64,000 bases of DNA from Bacilli bacterium (GTDB taxonomy: Bacteria > Bacillota_I > Bacilli_A > ML615J-28 > CAG-698), in assembly GCA_050953045.1 (NCBI GenBank), contig JBMNLY010000001.1, positions 279,879-343,878 on the forward strand, given 5' to 3'. The notes below the pieces were generated by a model. The model was not told the DNA's origin. It ran no database searches and was given only the letters and a program-made list of their open reading frames with translations. The position numbers and the translations under genes are program-made. Below, one piece after another: positions 61,328 through 64,000 of this stretch; position 1 is the stretch's first letter, and each line of letters begins with the position of its first letter.

Positions 61328-63936
61328 TCTTCGTAATCAGCAATCAACTTCTTGATTTCCTCAAGTTGACGCTGATAATCTTTCAGTTTTGTCTTTTCCG
61401 CTTCGACCTTTTCCGCCGGCGCTTTATTTACAAAGCCGGGATTACTTAAGAGTTTTTCACATCTTTCGATTTCCGATTGCATCTTCTTCTGGTTTTCATA
61501 AAGTTTTTCCAGTTCTTCTTTTAAATTAACCAGTTCATGCAAGGGCACAGCAACCACAACATCTGAAAGAACACTAACACTTTTTTGGGCGGTGTCGATT
61601 TCTTTTGCGGAAATTTTTATCTTGTGGAAGTTGGTAAACCTTTTTAAGAAATGTAAATTTTCTTGAATAAACTTGGAGATTTCCGGATTTCTAATTTGTA
61701 ATTCGAGGTTGATTTCCTTTTTAAAGGAAACATTTTTCTCTGCCCGTAAGTTTCGGATGTTGGTAATAATTTCATAAATAATTTCAATATTGTTAGCGTC
61801 ATTGAAATCATAATCAGGGTTTGCTTTTGGCCAAGCGCTGATTGTTATGCTTCCTTCCTCAAGCATACCATAAATTTCTTCGGTAACAAAGGGCATGAAT
61901 GGATGCAAGAGTTTTAATACAGCTATTAAAACATAATTTAAAACGGCGCAAGTATTGATTTTCTCTTCTTCGTTTCCTTCCCCAAAAACTACTTTGGTCA
62001 TTTCCAGATACCAAGAAGCAAATTCATCCCAAGCAAATTTATAGATTACTCTCGCAACTTCGCTAAATTCATATTTATCGTAAAACTCATCGGCCAATCT
62101 GATTACATCATTTAAGCGCTTTAAAATCCACTTATCAACCGCATTTAAAAGTTTAGGGTTAATTTTGCTGTTTTGATAATTGTTTTCAGCAAATTTCAAA
62201 CCGAGATAGCGGCTGATATTCCAAATCTTGTTGATGTAATTCCAAGCTGCTTCAACCTTTTCTTCGGAAAATCTCACATCTTGGCCCATCGCCGTTGAAG
62301 TGGTGATGAAATAACGGAGACTGTCGATTCCGTATTTATCGCGAACTTCCATTAAATCGGCGCCGTTATTTAAGGATTTGCTGACTTTGCGGCCGATTTC
62401 ATCCCGAATCATGCCGTGGAAAACAACATCTTTAAAGGGCCGGGTACCCAAGAGATATTTAGATTGGAAAGCCATTCTGGCAACCCAGAAGAAGATTAGG
62501 TCAGAACCCGTAACCATAACATCGTTCGGGAAGTATCTTTCCAAATCATTTGTCTTCTTTGGCCAACCCAAAGTTGAAAACGGCCAAAGCGCGCTTGAAA
62601 ACCAAGTGTCGAGCGAATCCTCGTCTTGAACCCAGTCCGGCCCGGGAGCTTCCAAGCCAACATAAATTTCATCGCCTTTATAATAGGCAGGAATCCGGTG
62701 GCCCCACCATAGTTGCCTAGAGATGCACCAATCTTGGATATTATTGAGCCAGTTGTTAAAGATCTTTTCAAAACGTTCCGGAATAAAACTGATTCTTCCG
62801 GCACCTTTTTGCATCTTAAGCAATTCTTTTGCTAACTTATCCATCGCAACAAACCATTGCCGTGAAAGCCTGGGTTCAACGATGACACCGGTTCGTTCGC
62901 TATGTCCGACCGAATGAACCATCGGTTCAACCTTTTTCAAATAGCCTTCCCGCCTCAAGTCTTCAACAAGACGTCTCCGGCACTCAAAACGCTCGAGACC
63001 TTCATAAATACCCGCAAGCTCATTCATAATTCCGTCTTCATGCATACATAAAGGTCGGCCTAAATTATGCCGCAATCCGACTTCAAAGTCGTTCGGATCA
63101 TGCGCAGGCGTAACCTTAACAACGCCGGTGCCGAATTCTTGATCAACATATAGATCAGCAATAACCGGAAGCGCCCGTTTTGTTCCAGGGATATAGACAG
63201 ATTTCCCAATATATTTTTGATAGCGCTTATCTTCGGGGTGAACCATCAAAGCAACATCTCCGAACATGGTTTCCGGTCTTGTGGTCGCAATCACGAGTCC
63301 GCCCTTTCCCTCAACAAAGGGATAGAGAATCGAATAAAATGCTCCTTCGATATCTTCATAAATAACTTCAACATTGGAAAGTGCAGTTTTACTTTGAACA
63401 TCCCAGTTAATGATTCTATCCCCGCGATAAATAAGACCGTCATTATACATCCGGATAAATACTTCATTAACGGCCCTGTTTAAGCCTTCGTCAAGCGTAA
63501 ACCGCTCGCGTGTATAATCAAGGCTTAAGCCGATTACTGCCCATTGTTCGCGAATCAACTTGGAATAATATTCTTTCCAATCCCAAACCTTTTCGATAAA
63601 TTTTTCTCTTCCTAAATCATAACGAGAAATGCCTTCTTTTCTAAGTTCAGCTTCAACCTTAGTTTGAGTTGCAATACTGGCATGGTCCATTCCGGGAAGA
63701 TATAGAACATCGAAACCTTCCATTCTTTTTCTCCGGGCAACGATATCTTGCAAAGTTGTATCAAGAACATGCCCGAGATGGAGTTTTCCGGTAATGTTCG
63801 GCGGTGGAATCACGATTGTAAAGGGTTTTTTCGAAATATCGCCGGCGGTAAAATAACCTTTTTCCACCCAGGTTTGATACTTACCCTTTTCAACCGCATT
63901 AAAATCATATTTTGTCGGTAAATCTTTTAGTTTCAT
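61324..63936 (-). CDS. valS: Valine--tRNA ligase
   Basis: PPPNITGKLHLGH, DWCISRQLWWGH, KVSKS, C-terminal coiled coil. Confidence 0.98.
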   Translation of the reverse strand: MKLKDLPTKYDFNAVEKGKYQTWVEKGYFTAGDISKKPFTIVIPPPNITGKLHLGHVLDTTLQDIVARRKRMEGFDVLYLPGMDHASIATQTKVEAELRKEGISRYDLGREKFIEKVWDWKEYYSKLIREQWAVIGLSLDYTRERFTLDEGLNRAVNEVFIRMYNDGLIYRGDRIINWDVQSKTALSNVEVIYEDIEGAFYSILYPFVEGKGGLVIATTRPETMFGDVALMVHPEDKRYQKYIGKSVYIPGTKRALPVIADLYVDQEFGTGVVKVTPAHDPNDFEVGLRHNLGRPLCMHEDGIMNELAGIYEGLERFECRRRLVEDLRREGYLKKVEPMVHSVGHSERTGVIVEPRLSRQWFVAMDKLAKELLKMQKGAGRISFIPERFEKIFNNWLNNIQDWCISRQLWWGHRIPAYYKGDEIYVGLEAPGPDWVQDEDSLDTWFSSALWPFSTLGWPKKTNDLERYFPNDVMVTGSDLIFFWVARMAFQSKYLLGTRPFKDVVFHGMIRDEIGRKVSKSLNNGADLMEVRDKYGIDSLRYFITTSTAMGQDVRFSEEKVEAAWNYINKIWNISRYLGLKFAENNYQNSKINPKLLNAVDKWILKRLNDVIRLADEFYDKYEFSEVARVIYKFAWDEFASWYLEMTKVVFGEGNEEEKINTCAVLNYVLIAVLKLLHPFMPFVTEEIYGMLEEGSITISAWPKANPDYDFNDANNIEIIYEIITNIRNLRAEKNVSFKKEINLELQIRNPEISKFIQENLHFLKRFTNFHKIKISAKEIDTAQKSVSVLSDVVVAVPLHELVNLKEELEKLYENQKKMQSEIERCEKLLSNPGFVNKAPAEKVEAEKTKLKDYQRQLEEIKKLIADYEE

Positions 63937-63956
63937 TATACACACCTCCAGATAAA

Positions 63957-64000
63957 TAAAAAGCCTTAAGAAGAATCTTAAGGACGAAAATTTCCGCGGT
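63957..64000 (-). promoter_or_regulatory. 3' end of the valS T-box riboswitch (antiterminator/terminator), cut by window edge
   Basis: ACCGCG...CGTCC antiterminator half overlapping terminator CCTTAAGA...TCTTAAGG-CTTTTT. Confidence 0.75.

Noticed and set aside
62376-62395. ValRS KVSKS instead of KMSKS
   Set aside because: Conservative change that keeps the catalytic lysine; no sign of functional novelty

Overview
This window is chromosomal DNA from a low-GC Bacillota (Bacilli-like, apparently streamlined) bacterium using the standard genetic code. The core keeps a trimmed Bacillus-like gene order: dtd-relA-apt, spoVB-yrbG-yrzE-rarA, rpmG-ispG, hrcA-grpE-dnaK-dnaJ-rsmE-mtaB-cshB, nfnAB, yqeG-yqeH-yqeK-rsfS, sigK, greA, trmR-trhP1-trhP2 and valS-folC-radC-spoIVFA-spoIVFB. 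Sporulation genes are clearly present (pro-sigK, spoIVFA/B, spoVB, ylmC, YmaF family). There are six AT-rich IS copies from four families: two IS1634 separated by a 314-bp duplication, two IS3, one IS1202-type with a 26/27-bp TSD, and a frameshifted IS30. A decayed glycyl-radical enzyme cluster is also present. The most striking unannotated signal is a 23-aa leader peptide (MKPFVSVNVKFYYYYYFPRGCHV) with competing hairpins and a terminator upstream of a TrpXYZ-type aromatic amino acid ABC transporter, which looks like a tyrosine-sensing ribosome-dependent attenuator. Also notable are a DDE-less IS1202-derived HTH gene sitting between rpmG and ispG, an FtsK/SpoIIIE paralogue with degenerate Walker motifs, and two small ORFs behind sporulation-sigma-like promoters. 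No rRNA, tRNA or CRISPR array was seen. All calls come from reading the sequence by eye; no searches were run.
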